Numbered from the stretch's first letter, positions 38,856 to 49,003 are shown. The stretch: DNA of 64,000 bases from Candidatus Moraniibacteriota bacterium (GCA_014729795.1 WJJI01000014.1:757-64756); one strand, 5' to 3'. Translations and numbers: made by a program. Notes: a model not told the origin generated them from the sequence alone.

Positions 38856-39942
38856 TTTTTTTCATAGTTAACATGTCATAAAAAGCTTCTAATCTGGTTT
38901 GCATTCCTGTGTCTGATGTTTGGGCGTCAAAAGATAAATAAATAATCGGAAAATTGTATTTTTTGGAAATGTTTTGTAAAGCCGGCATAGCGTTAACCTC
39001 GGGGATGCAACCAAATGGTTTAATGTGGATCGCTCCATCAAAACCTTTTTTCGCCAGTTCGTTTGCCTTGCCAACGCTATCGGTACCATGTCCGCCAATA
39101 TGATATTTCAAAAAAGGTTTAGCGTGACGTAAATATTGGTTGACTTCATGATTAGGAATAATGCCGTTAAAAATTGAATGGTTCAGTAGGCCGGTTAGGG
39201 TAATAAATCGGTGCACCTCTACTCCCTTTGAAGCCAAAAATTTTTCAATATTATAATTTGAAAAAGGCTCTAACACTACGTAAAATTCTCCGACCACGCC
39301 GACTCTGAGCAAATTTTTCGGTTTCAGAATCGGTATATTTTCAAAAATTCGTAAATATTTTTTAGTAAGTTGCCGGGCTTGAGTAAAGGTTTCAGCCTGA
39401 TCTAATTTACTCAAAAAAAATTTAAATTGTTTTTCCAGTTGTCCCTTTTTTTTCTCAAAACCGATATTTTTGCGTAAAAAATCTTCAGCTTTTTCAATGC
39501 AACGACCCTTAAAATAAGCCAATAAAAAGGCCTTTAAAACTCTATAAAACGGTATTTTTGGATTGATTTTGTGAATATCCCCGATAATGTTTATTGGATT
39601 GCGTTTATTACGTAATTTAAAAAATTCAAAATCATAGCCAAGGTTTTCTAAAATGTGTTTTTGCGCCTCCCCGTAATACCCATATCGACAACCTCCACCG
39701 GCTTGTAGTAGTAGGTTAGCGCCCCGATCCAAAGCTTGAATATAGTTGCCTAAATTATACTTAAAAGGCACACAAACACTTTCGGGACTGTACCTAGATC
39801 CTAATTCAATAGTTTGCTTGGATATTGGCGGCGGAATAACAATTTCCAAATCAAGCGCTTTAAAAAAAGTCTTAAAAGTAATGTGGTAATTACCCATATG
39901 CGGAAAAGAAAGCCTGTATTGCTTGGTTTTTTTACGTTTCAT
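38839..39942 (-). CDS. DUF2229 / 2-hydroxyglutaryl-CoA dehydratase D-component (HgdB/YjiM)-like protein
   Basis: N-terminal …LGSRYSPESVCVPFKYNLGNYIQALDRGANLLLQAGGGCRYGYY matches the activase-associated HGD-D/DUF2229 pattern. The start overlaps the stop of the gene at 39957-40901 region downstream by 17 bp. Confidence 0.6.
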   Translation of the reverse strand: MKRKKTKQYRLSFPHMGNYHITFKTFFKALDLEIVIPPPISKQTIELGSRYSPESVCVPFKYNLGNYIQALDRGANLLLQAGGGCRYGYYGEAQKHILENLGYDFEFFKLRNKRNPINIIGDIHKINPKIPFYRVLKAFLLAYFKGRCIEKAEDFLRKNIGFEKKKGQLEKQFKFFLSKLDQAETFTQARQLTKKYLRIFENIPILKPKNLLRVGVVGEFYVVLEPFSNYNIEKFLASKGVEVHRFITLTGLLNHSIFNGIIPNHEVNQYLRHAKPFLKYHIGGHGTDSVGKANELAKKGFDGAIHIKPFGCIPEVNAMPALQNISKKYNFPIIYLSFDAQTSDTGMQTRLEAFYDMLTMKKNATKK

Positions 39943-39956
39943 TAATTGAGGAATCG

Positions 39957-40901
39957 TTAAGACTTATAATTCTTGGCTGATTTTTGCTGATATTCAAGGA
40001 TATCAATAAAGCTTTCAAGTCTTGTAATTAAACCCGCCTCTCCCTGGAGTTCATCAATAATTATATTAATGGATGGTATGTTTTTAATCTTTTTCTGGCA
40101 AATTTCAACCACCAAAGAGTCGGGCCCGCATGGAAAAGCCGAAACATAGATTATCCCATCAACCTTGTTTTTATATAAATCAATGGCACCAACCAGTTCT
40201 TTATTATAAGTCCAATATAAATCTTGAGATATTTTTTGCGATAGCTTCTTAACCAATTTTTTTTGAGCAATATCAGCATCAATAATAGCAATATTTTGTG
40301 ATTTCAGGTAGTCTAAAATTGTTTTGCCTGTAAAACCATCAAATAAAATATAGGGGTGAGCTACTATTAGAATTTTCTTTAATTTTTTATTCTTCAACAG
40401 TCTGGCTTGGCGCCGAATTTTTTTCTTTTGGAGATGTTTTTGTTTAAACTTTCCTTTTCGGTAAGCTCTAAATATTTTAATTGGATTTTTACAAACAGTT
40501 AAGCCCATACGTAAAAACTCCAAGGATTCTCGTCTGAATTCATTAACATCAACATTATAGTGCAGAATATTCAAATCGGGAAAAGTATTAACTGTTATGT
40601 CATATAAACCTTGAAATTTACAGCACAATTCTTCGTTTTTTTTAAAAGAGGCAATTCTTGGAATAAAAATATAATCAGCCTTGTTTTTTAAGTAATCAAC
40701 ATGGCCTAAGAAAATTTTTACCGGCAGACAACTTTCGTCAACAGCGAGGCTTGCTCCCTGCTGCAAAATTTTTTTATTAGTGGCCGGGCTGGTAACAATT
40801 TTAAAACCCAACTCCTTAAAAAAAGTATGCCATAAAACATTATATTTATAATAAAGCAATGCTCTGGGGATCCCAATCCGTTTTTCTTTGTTCATATTCA
40901 A
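39957..40901 (-). CDS. Second DUF2229/HgdB-like protein
   Basis: RIGIPRALLYYKYNVLWHTFFKELGFKIVTSPATNKKILQQGASLAVDESCLPVKIFLGHVDYL resembles the same family: conserved Cys in CLPVK, PRAL…YY. Confidence 0.55.
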   Translation of the reverse strand: MNMNKEKRIGIPRALLYYKYNVLWHTFFKELGFKIVTSPATNKKILQQGASLAVDESCLPVKIFLGHVDYLKNKADYIFIPRIASFKKNEELCCKFQGLYDITVNTFPDLNILHYNVDVNEFRRESLEFLRMGLTVCKNPIKIFRAYRKGKFKQKHLQKKKIRRQARLLKNKKLKKILIVAHPYILFDGFTGKTILDYLKSQNIAIIDADIAQKKLVKKLSQKISQDLYWTYNKELVGAIDLYKNKVDGIIYVSAFPCGPDSLVVEICQKKIKNIPSINIIIDELQGEAGLITRLESFIDILEYQQKSAKNYKS

Positions 40902-40919
40902 AATTATTTGACTCTTTAA

Positions 40920-41594
40920 TTATTCTTTTTCCCGCATTTGCCAAATTTTACGTTGAGTTCGCCAAACCACAACTATCAAACCGGCTAAAGAAGCGATTAG
41001 CACAAACGGCAAAGCACCGCCCAAATAGGTTTTACCAAAAATTATCAACAAAGTATTGATTATAATAAGCAAAATCCTGATTTCGGTTGGACCGACTTTA
41101 AAATAAGTAATTCTAAATTGATTGGTAATAGAAAATGACAAATATGAATTAACCATGTAGCCGCCAAAAATAGCCAAGATGCAAAAAAGGTAAAAATCAA
41201 AATTTCTGGGAGTAATAAAAGAATAACCAATCAAGACACTACAGATAAAAACATAGTCCAAAAAGTGATCCATGTAGTGACCCCATTTTGCTAGCCCCAT
41301 TTTTCGATATTTACCCAAAGCTCCGTCCAGAGAATCGGAAAAATACTGAAACACAATCATCAAAGAAACCCCCCATAACCAATCCAAATTTTTTCGCGAA
41401 AAAAAACTAAAAAGAATCACCAACGCGCTCCAAAGCAAAGTCAACAAAGTTAAATGGTACGACTCTAATTTTTTAGGGATTTTAGGTATTAGAAATTCAA
41501 TCAAGCGCCTTTCATGATGGCCCAAGATGGATAAACTTACCTTTTTGTCTCCATTAAACCGCTTAATATTCTTTTGTTTTATTGATTGGGCCAT
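40920..41594 (-). CDS. CDP-alcohol phosphatidyltransferase family protein
   Basis: DSLDGALGKYRKMGLAKWGHYMDHFLDYVF fits D-x2-D-G-x2-A-R…G-x3-D-x3-D. Five to six TM helices. Confidence 0.7.
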   Translation of the reverse strand: MAQSIKQKNIKRFNGDKKVSLSILGHHERRLIEFLIPKIPKKLESYHLTLLTLLWSALVILFSFFSRKNLDWLWGVSLMIVFQYFSDSLDGALGKYRKMGLAKWGHYMDHFLDYVFICSVLIGYSFITPRNFDFYLFCILAIFGGYMVNSYLSFSITNQFRITYFKVGPTEIRILLIIINTLLIIFGKTYLGGALPFVLIASLAGLIVVVWRTQRKIWQMREKE

Positions 41595-41652
41595 GTTGAT
41601 GGTTGTTTTAAAGCTTTAAGCACCACCCTTCATTTTGTTAGCGGATTTTCAC

Positions 41653-41738
41653 TGGTGCCGCGGGTGGGAGTCGAACCCACACGGGAAAATCCCACCAGCT
41701 CCTAAGGCTGGCGTGTCTGCCAGTTCCACCACCGCGGC
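41653..41738 (-). tRNA. tRNA-Leu(UAG), type II with long variable arm, CCA encoded
   Basis: The reverse complement is GCCGCGG…CCAGC-CUUAGGA-GCUGG…GUGGG-UUCGACU-CCCAC-CCGCGGC-ACCA. The anticodon is UAG. Confidence 0.85.
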
Positions 41739-41752
41739 TTAAAATATAAAAT

Positions 41753-42124
41753 TTATTCTCCTAATTCTTGAATGATATCTTGGTCACCGGTCAGGCATTT
41801 ACCATTATGATACAAAACCGGCACCGAAACGGTTTTAGGTTCATCCTTGCCACATTTATCAAAAGCCAGAAAGTAAAAATTTTGGTTTTCCGTTTTTTTG
41901 AATACCTCCATAATCTGAATTGCCAATTTTTCCCGCAGTTTATGCTCTAGGATGTGCTCTTCCACCTTTTGACAATGATCACAGCCTTCTCCTACAAACA
42001 AATAATAACTATTATCATCCAAAGTAACAGCTTGTGTCTTGCTTTTTTTAATATAATAAAGGCCTGTTAAAACAATAACAATAACCCCAAGAATTAAAGC
42101 TACCTGCAAAAAACGATTATTCAT
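41753..42124 (-). CDS. Membrane-anchored thioredoxin-fold protein with a CxxC motif (glutaredoxin/DsbA-like)
   Basis: N-terminal TM helix. YYLFVGEGCDHCQKVEEHI active-site-like CDHC motif. Later C…HNGKC. Confidence 0.5.
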   Translation of the reverse strand: MNNRFLQVALILGVIVIVLTGLYYIKKSKTQAVTLDDNSYYLFVGEGCDHCQKVEEHILEHKLREKLAIQIMEVFKKTENQNFYFLAFDKCGKDEPKTVSVPVLYHNGKCLTGDQDIIQELGE

Positions 42125-42158
42125 AATATTCTTTTAGTGATTAAGTAAATTTTTATCA

Positions 42159-43022
42159 TTAGTTTAAATCAAAAAGCTTAATTGTTGTTCGAACCGTTTC
42201 TTGAGCTACTTGATCTAACTTTAATGCTTTAACCTGAGCTACTTTTTCAGCCACTAACTCAACGTAATTAGGTTGATTGGTTTCATCTCGATAAGGCTCA
42301 GGTGTCAGGAAGGGCGAATCCGTTTCAATTAAGATACGTTCCATGGGTAAAAATTTTAGCAGCTTATCATAGCTTTGTGAATAGGTGATTATTCCCGTAA
42401 ACCCAAGGTAAAACCCCAGCTCCAAATAGCGTTTAGCAATTGCTATACCGCCGGTATAGCAATGAATAACTCCTCTTAAGTCAAAATCATTGTATCGAGC
42501 TTTGTATTGAGTCAGCATTTCCAGCAAATCTTGATGAGCATCATTATCAAGGTGGCTACGACAATGTAAAATTAAAGGCAAATTCAACAATCTTGCTAAA
42601 TCTAGATGATTACTAAAAACTTGCTTCTGTTTGCCTTTAATTACCTCGGGTTTTAAATTAGATTGCTTCAACTTACCGGCATGGTTAAAAATATGATAAT
42701 AATCCAAGCCGGTTTCCCCAATCGCCACAACTTTTTCGTTATTTCGAGCTAAATCAAGCAGACAATCCCGATCAAAGTCTTCATTGTATACATGAATCGG
42801 ATGTACTCCTATTGAAGCGTAAACCCCCAAAGAATAATCTTGAGCCAGCTCTACCGCTTGTCGACTTGTTTGAAAATTCGAACCAATACCAATAAACCAA
42901 ATTTTTTGTTCCAGCGCTTCATCTATTACCTCTCGACGATTTGAGCCATAAGCTTGAAAACTTAAATGGGCGTGAGAGTCGATTAGGTAAGGATTTTTGT
43001 TCGACTGATTGGGCATAAGCAA
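42159..43022 (-). CDS. TatD-family metal-dependent hydrolase/DNase
   Basis: YLIDSHAHL, IGETGLDY, LILHCRSH and ETDSPFLTP motifs. Confidence 0.85.
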   Translation of the reverse strand: MLMPNQSNKNPYLIDSHAHLSFQAYGSNRREVIDEALEQKIWFIGIGSNFQTSRQAVELAQDYSLGVYASIGVHPIHVYNEDFDRDCLLDLARNNEKVVAIGETGLDYYHIFNHAGKLKQSNLKPEVIKGKQKQVFSNHLDLARLLNLPLILHCRSHLDNDAHQDLLEMLTQYKARYNDFDLRGVIHCYTGGIAIAKRYLELGFYLGFTGIITYSQSYDKLLKFLPMERILIETDSPFLTPEPYRDETNQPNYVELVAEKVAQVKALKLDQVAQETVRTTIKLFDLN

Positions 43023-43025
43023 TGC

Positions 43026-44483
43026 TTAAATTTTTTTAAAAATAACTTGAGGCTGCTTATTCTCGAGCTGTTTTATCATTTTCGCGGAAATTTGCGGCAT
43101 GACCGGTTCAAACAAGCGAGCAATTAAAGTTAAACGATCAAAAATTTGCTTTAAAATCTCTCGACATTTAGCCGGATTCTTGTTGGCCAATTCCCATGGC
43201 TTATTAATTTCCAAATATTGATTACTCTTACTAATAAAGCCATCCAGCTGTTTAATGGCTTGATAAACTTGAATATTATCAAGTAGCTTTAAAAATAAAG
43301 GCAAATCAAAATCGCGAAAATCATAAGCTTGAGGTTTTTTGAACGGATTAACTTGCTTTAGCTTAAAGTCAAAACCATTCTTGTTAATCATCACCAAGGT
43401 TCGTTGCAATAAATTGCCTAAATTATCAGCTAATTTGTGATCATAATCCTGTTTAAGTTTTTTTAAACTTATATCCCCGTCGCTGTCTGAGGCAAATTGA
43501 GATAAAAGCAAATATCGAGCCGGATCAACTCCCCAGGTTTTTATCAAACTATTGGGTTCGATCACATTGCCTAAACTTTTGCTCATCTTCTCACCATTGA
43601 TAGTAAAATATCCGTGAACGAAAATTTTTTTACAAACTTTCATTCTCAAAGACATTAAAATAGCCGGAAAAAAAATAGCATGAAATTTAATAATCTCTTT
43701 TGCCATAAAATGAACATCCACTGGCCAATATTTTTTAAACAAATTGGCCTCAGCCCCGGCTTTTCCATAATCAAGAGCGGTAATGTAATTCATCAATGCC
43801 TCAACCCAAACATATATTTTTTGCTTTTTGTCAAAAGGCACGTCAATTCCCCAATTAACGTTTTGACTGGAGCGCGAAACCGAGAAGTCATTAATCCCTT
43901 GTTCAAACAAGCCCAAAACCTCATTTTTTCTTTCAACCGGCTGAATAATGAGTTGATCTTTTTCAATTGCTTGTTTAAGTGGTTTTAAATATTTGGACAG
44001 TTTAAAAAAATAATTTTTTTCCTTAACCAATCCTGGCTTTTTTTTATGATCCGGACACAAACCCTTTTGATCTAGTTCTTTTTCGGTTTTAAAACTTTCA
44101 CATCCGGTGCAGTAAAGCCCTTGATATTCTTTTTGATAAAGATCCCCTTTGTCCTTTAATGCACTAAACAATTTTTGCGCCCCGCTAATGTGCTTAGAGC
44201 TGGTAGTGCGGATGAATTGGTCATGGCCGAAATTATAATTTTGCCAAGTTTTCTTAAACTTCTGAGTAATTTGATCGCAAAATTCTTGAGGTTGTTTTTG
44301 ATTTTCTTTTGCTTTCCGAGCGATCTTGGTTCCATGCTCATCGGTGCCGGTTAAAAAATAAACATCCCGACCTTCAAGTCTTTTATATCTAGCGATTACA
44401 TCGGCTAAAAGAGTTGTGTAGGTATGACCAATATGCGGTTCGGCATTCACGTAGTAAATTGGAGTGGCAAGATAGTATTTCAT
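43026..44483 (-). CDS. metG: Methionyl-tRNA synthetase (short form)
   Basis: HIGH motif (EPHIGHTYT), KMSKSLGN motif, and a CxxC…C zinc knuckle (CTGCESF…CPDH). Confidence 0.9.
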   Translation of the reverse strand: MKYYLATPIYYVNAEPHIGHTYTTLLADVIARYKRLEGRDVYFLTGTDEHGTKIARKAKENQKQPQEFCDQITQKFKKTWQNYNFGHDQFIRTTSSKHISGAQKLFSALKDKGDLYQKEYQGLYCTGCESFKTEKELDQKGLCPDHKKKPGLVKEKNYFFKLSKYLKPLKQAIEKDQLIIQPVERKNEVLGLFEQGINDFSVSRSSQNVNWGIDVPFDKKQKIYVWVEALMNYITALDYGKAGAEANLFKKYWPVDVHFMAKEIIKFHAIFFPAILMSLRMKVCKKIFVHGYFTINGEKMSKSLGNVIEPNSLIKTWGVDPARYLLLSQFASDSDGDISLKKLKQDYDHKLADNLGNLLQRTLVMINKNGFDFKLKQVNPFKKPQAYDFRDFDLPLFLKLLDNIQVYQAIKQLDGFISKSNQYLEINKPWELANKNPAKCREILKQIFDRLTLIARLFEPVMPQISAKMIKQLENKQPQVIFKKI

Positions 44484-44571
44484 TTGGAAACTTTTAGCGA
44501 TTATTTTCCCGGCATCATAAAACCCTCCTATTAAATTAACAGAATGAGTTAGAGTTTCAAGCTTTAATTTT

Positions 44572-46752
44572 TTATTTTTTAAAACTTATTGTTATTGTTG
44601 TCCCTTTATCAAGCTCAGTACTTTCAATATAAATCGAGGCGCCAAAATGGGCATCAATTATTTTTTTTGCTATAAACAACCCAAGTCCGGAACCGTCGGT
44701 GTAAGCATTGACCGCATTTTTGGCTCTTATAAATTTATCAAAAAGCCTGGGTATATCTTTTTTTGGAATACCAATACCTGTGTCTTGGATTTTTATTAAA
44801 ATTTTATTATCTTTTTCCTCTAGTTTTATTTTTATATACCCCTTTTTTGTGTATTGGATAGAGTTATTAACTAGATTTAATATAGCTTGTTCTAAGTATA
44901 TGGGGTTTGTCTGTATGTGAATGTTTCTTTTTGGGAGCTCTAATTTAAATTTAAGGCCTTTTAAGCTTATTTGATTTTTTTTATTTTCATATATATTTTT
45001 TAATAGTTTATTTAAGTTTACGTTGCTTTTTTTGAAGTTAAATTTTGAAGTATCCATCTCAGAGGCGTTTAAAATATCGTGAATTATTTTTGTAAGCTTT
45101 TGTGATTTAGCAAGAATTCCATTTATTAATTTTTTTTCTTGATTGCTTAGCGATCTTTTTCTAGATAAAATATCAGCCATACCTCTAATTACTGTTACCG
45201 GAGTTCTTAGTTGGTGAGAAGCTATGTTCAAAAACTCTCCTCTCATTTTAAGCAATTTCTTTAAATTAATATTTTTTTTCTTTAATTCTGTAGCTTGCTT
45301 TTTAACTCTCTTGTTCTGTTCCTGAAGTTCTTTAGTCTGGATATTGACTTTTTTCTTTAATTCTTGATTAAAATTATTAATTTTTTTATACAATAAGGCA
45401 TTATGGATTGCTGTAGAAATTTGGAGTCTAATAAATTCTAAAAAATCAATATCTTCTTTATTAAAACTACTTTTATCCCTTTTTCCGCCCAAGAACATTA
45501 ATCCAATTGTTCTCTTGTTAGCAAATAAGGGCACTAATAACTCTATAGCCTTGTTTTTATAAGGTTTAGGCAAAAATGAAACATCAATCTCTCTTTTTGA
45601 CAAAATTCTATTTTCATTATTTATTAATTTTTGTAGCTCTTTTTTAAACCCATTCTTTAATTTACCAACCATAAAACATTTTCTCGAATCACATATTTTT
45701 TTCTTTATGACTTTATTTTCATCAAATATTTCAATGTATATTTCCTCTAAATGTAATATTTTTTTAAAAGAATCCCTAATAACAAATAAAATTTCCTGTA
45801 GAGTCACGGCTTTATTTAATCTTAGTGCCACGTCTTTGTTAACTTTTTGTGGATTTAATCCTTTAAAAAAAATCCAATCTCCAAATTTTTGTATCCATTT
45901 TATTGCGGGCAAAATAATCGAACTGAATATTAATATTAATAAAAAACTTAATACATAAGATTCAATAGTGTATAAATCCCCGGTAAATTTTTTTGTTAAA
46001 TATATAAAACAGTAGAAAAATATAAAAATCATTATAGAAATAAGCATAATTCCATGAAACTTATGGAATATAAACCTTATACCGAAAAGTCTATATCTTA
46101 CTATAGAGTAATAAATAAACAATATTAATATTAACAATCCAATTCCATTTAATCTAAAAAATTCTTTAGAAACATGATTTTGAAGAAAAAAATTAAATAT
46201 TACAATAATTACTGCGCTTAAAAAGAATCCTAAAAAAATATATTTTATTTGGAGTTTTTTTATGCCTTTCTCTTTACGGTATTTATATAAAAGAGAGATA
46301 AAGCCGACTAACAAATAAATTATTATTAGGAAATAATAAAGCAAAGCATAGCTGCCTAGTTCAAATCTTAGCTTTTCGTTTAGAAAATAGATATTATTAA
46401 TAATTTTTCCATTTATAGAAAGCGAGCTCATAATCAAAGCGGGAATAATAAAAAAAATATAAGTAAGCAAGCTTTTTTTAATAGGCACAGGGAAATTTAG
46501 CAAGAATATAAAAGCGAAATAGCTAAGCAATGGAGCTAAGAAAAAATCTAATCTGAGAAAAATTTTTATTAAATTTATATCAGTGAATAAAGTCTGTAAG
46601 TAATTGAAGGAATACCAAGTTATTAAAACCAACGAAAAAATAAAAAACAAGATATTGGTCAAGTTTTTTTTATTTTTGTATGATTTGTAGCCCAAATAAA
46701 AAATCACAAAATTTATTATAACAAGAGGAATCAAATTCAATAATTTGTTCAT
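44572..46752 (-). CDS. Sensor histidine kinase with a large polytopic N-terminal membrane domain (no adjacent response regulator)
   Basis: About 10 N-terminal TM helices, a central GAF-like region, HisKA (NIASHQLRTPVTVIRGMADIL) and HATPase_c (IKIQDTGIGIPKKD…GSGLGLFIAKKII) domains. AT-rich segment. Confidence 0.75.
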   Translation of the reverse strand: MNKLLNLIPLVIINFVIFYLGYKSYKNKKNLTNILFFIFSLVLITWYSFNYLQTLFTDINLIKIFLRLDFFLAPLLSYFAFIFLLNFPVPIKKSLLTYIFFIIPALIMSSLSINGKIINNIYFLNEKLRFELGSYALLYYFLIIIYLLVGFISLLYKYRKEKGIKKLQIKYIFLGFFLSAVIIVIFNFFLQNHVSKEFFRLNGIGLLILILFIYYSIVRYRLFGIRFIFHKFHGIMLISIMIFIFFYCFIYLTKKFTGDLYTIESYVLSFLLILIFSSIILPAIKWIQKFGDWIFFKGLNPQKVNKDVALRLNKAVTLQEILFVIRDSFKKILHLEEIYIEIFDENKVIKKKICDSRKCFMVGKLKNGFKKELQKLINNENRILSKREIDVSFLPKPYKNKAIELLVPLFANKRTIGLMFLGGKRDKSSFNKEDIDFLEFIRLQISTAIHNALLYKKINNFNQELKKKVNIQTKELQEQNKRVKKQATELKKKNINLKKLLKMRGEFLNIASHQLRTPVTVIRGMADILSRKRSLSNQEKKLINGILAKSQKLTKIIHDILNASEMDTSKFNFKKSNVNLNKLLKNIYENKKNQISLKGLKFKLELPKRNIHIQTNPIYLEQAILNLVNNSIQYTKKGYIKIKLEEKDNKILIKIQDTGIGIPKKDIPRLFDKFIRAKNAVNAYTDGSGLGLFIAKKIIDAHFGASIYIESTELDKGTTITISFKK

Positions 46753-46796
46753 AAAAAAATGATTTAATATTTCGTTTCGGATCCGAAATTAGTTTT

Positions 46797-47771
46797 TTAT
46801 TTTATTGATGTTTTTTTATAATCATTATAACAGGCACATTTATATGTTTTTTTTAAAACCCCGGTTCTTCTATAGGTCTTTAAAATTTTATAAATATCTT
46901 CTGAACACTTCTCGCAATTTTTTGGAATGTCAATAGGTTTGGGATTGTCTGTAAATTCACCCAACAACAATGGCCAATTATGTTTCTGGGCCTCTTCAAT
47001 GATTTTTATTATTGTCCATAAAAAAGGCGGTTTATAGTTTCCCTCGATATATTCTGTGTACATTTTAGTGTTTTTTTGAACAAAAGCACAAGATAGGTTT
47101 ATTTCATCAACTTTTAATGAGTTTAAATACTCTATACTTTTTATAGTCTCAATATAGGCCTCTTTTTCATTTAAACCCACTGGTTTTAAAAAAACATATA
47201 CTGAAACTTTAACTCCTTGGCTCTTTAATAATTTTACAGAGCTTTCAAATTGTTTTTTAGATATTCCTTTTCTTAGTAACTTATTCCTAATATAATTATC
47301 TTGACTTTCAAATCCTAACGCTATTTTTAATTCTTTCTTTCCCAAGTTTTTTTTTGCTGTTCTGATTTTTTTTTCGTTAATATATTCACACCTTGTTTCA
47401 ATGGTTAGAGTATCTAAAAAATCATTTTTTCTAACCTCATTGTAGATATATGTCTGGAATCGTTTTGGTATTTCATTGTCATTTAAAAAACTGCCACCAT
47501 GATAAATTATTAATTCACTAGGCTTATATCTTTTTATTCTTTTTAAAGCATATTTATACAAAAATTTAAAAAACCAATCAGGGTACATTATACCGCCAAA
47601 GTTAAATTTTTTAATGTAATCATTAAAACCGCACATACTACATCCACCTGTTTTCTTCCAGTACTCGCAGCCTGCCGCGGGCAGTAATAAAGTCCAAGAG
47701 ACAACCGGTTTCTTTTTTATCACGGAATACTTTTGACCTATAAAGAAAAATAATTTATCTAAGCTGTCCAT
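46797..47771 (-). CDS. Radical-SAM-like protein with a non-canonical Cys cluster (C-x9-C-x2-C)
   Basis: LLLPAAGCEYWKKTGGCSMCGF near the N-terminus, which is a GGCxxC variant as in YhcC/TIGR01212-type radical SAM proteins. TIM-barrel-like remainder. AT-rich. Confidence 0.4.
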   Translation of the reverse strand: MDSLDKLFFFIGQKYSVIKKKPVVSWTLLLPAAGCEYWKKTGGCSMCGFNDYIKKFNFGGIMYPDWFFKFLYKYALKRIKRYKPSELIIYHGGSFLNDNEIPKRFQTYIYNEVRKNDFLDTLTIETRCEYINEKKIRTAKKNLGKKELKIALGFESQDNYIRNKLLRKGISKKQFESSVKLLKSQGVKVSVYVFLKPVGLNEKEAYIETIKSIEYLNSLKVDEINLSCAFVQKNTKMYTEYIEGNYKPPFLWTIIKIIEEAQKHNWPLLLGEFTDNPKPIDIPKNCEKCSEDIYKILKTYRRTGVLKKTYKCACYNDYKKTSIK

Positions 47772-47775
47772 AAAG

Positions 47776-48477
47776 TTAATGAAATTTCAGATAAATCTTC
47801 TCTAGATTTACAATAAAGTTAGCTATGAGGGTCCTAAATGGCCAATTATAAAAAATATTTTTTTTAAAAACCAATACTCCATAATTCCTGCTATCCAAAT
47901 CAGGAAAGTAATTAGCAAGAGCCTTAATCGGCTGAAGACCCTGAGATTGGTAAAGCCTTAACCCTCTATCATAAAACTTTCCATCCTTTCTTTTTAATTT
48001 TATGTATTGATCTACCCTGATTTTGGGGTTTTTTTTCTTATATTCATTATAATCCGGTATTCTAGAGCCGATATACGCTCCCTTTTTATTGTTTATAATC
48101 ATATTTTTTAATCCTTCTAGCATCAATAAAGATCCAATATTTAAAAATCTCTTTGATGGTAAAATAGATAGGTTTATACCGTAAATAAAATCTCCATTTT
48201 TTTTATGACTCTTTGTTGCCATGCCATTATCTGTTATGTTAGACCAGCTAAAACTATTGTTTTTTTTAATTTCATCTACATATTCGAATGAAACATAACC
48301 AACAACTTCTTTTTTATATGTAGCTATAATATTACCCTCAGGGAAAGCTTGAATTCTTGCCGCTATTTTTTTCCTATCTGCTCCTTCTTGTCCCCATGCT
48401 TTTTTTTCTAATATAACAATACCGCCAATATTTTTTAATCGGGCTTTAGATATTATAATTTTACCAAATAAGGCCAT
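47776..48477 (-). CDS. GNAT-like acyltransferase candidate
   Basis: Size and beta/alpha pattern (…VVGYVSFEY…GINLSILPSKRFLNIGSLLMLEGL) fit a GNAT fold with a Q/RxxGxG/A-like segment. The stop lies 5 bp upstream of the radical-SAM-like start. Confidence 0.35.
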   Translation of the reverse strand: MALFGKIIISKARLKNIGGIVILEKKAWGQEGADRKKIAARIQAFPEGNIIATYKKEVVGYVSFEYVDEIKKNNSFSWSNITDNGMATKSHKKNGDFIYGINLSILPSKRFLNIGSLLMLEGLKNMIINNKKGAYIGSRIPDYNEYKKKNPKIRVDQYIKLKRKDGKFYDRGLRLYQSQGLQPIKALANYFPDLDSRNYGVLVFKKNIFYNWPFRTLIANFIVNLEKIYLKFH

Positions 48478-49003
48478 TTTTTTTCATTGTAATAAATTAT
48501 TTCACCTTGATACTCAAGCAATAGACTTACTATCTTTATAATAAAAGAATAACGCCTACCCAAAGCGTATAAGTATTTAAACCAATTACATTTAATAGCT
48601 CAAAAAAAGAATTATTAGCAAAGCCATTGATATAAGCATTAAAACAAAAAATCTGTAATTATTCAACAATATCAAGAATTTACGAATCTAGTGGATTTTT
48701 AGTTACAATAATAAGGTTTTTTTTGACCACGTATTTTAAATAAGCCCTATAAAAACCTTACATATCGTCTTAGATTTTCCTAAGTTCGTAAATCTTAAGA
48801 TAAATAAGAACCAGTAAAATTTTTTTAATAGCCATTGATCAATTCCATAATTCTTAAATTGATATCCAGCCGCTCCCAAGCTAAGTATTTCCTCTCTCCG
48901 GGTAACTTTTTTGGTTTATAAGCAGTCTTGAACTAAAAAATTAATTATGTTTTAATAACTAGCTTTGCTGAATAAACTCTAATTTGGCTAGAACTCTAAT
49001 ATT

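Noticed and set aside
46797-48477. Interpreting the radical-SAM-like + GNAT pair as a split Elp3 orthologue
   Set aside because: The gene order is reversed relative to Elp3 (GNAT upstream). The Cys motif is non-canonical. The GNAT assignment is weak. It is retained only as a speculative note inside a finding.
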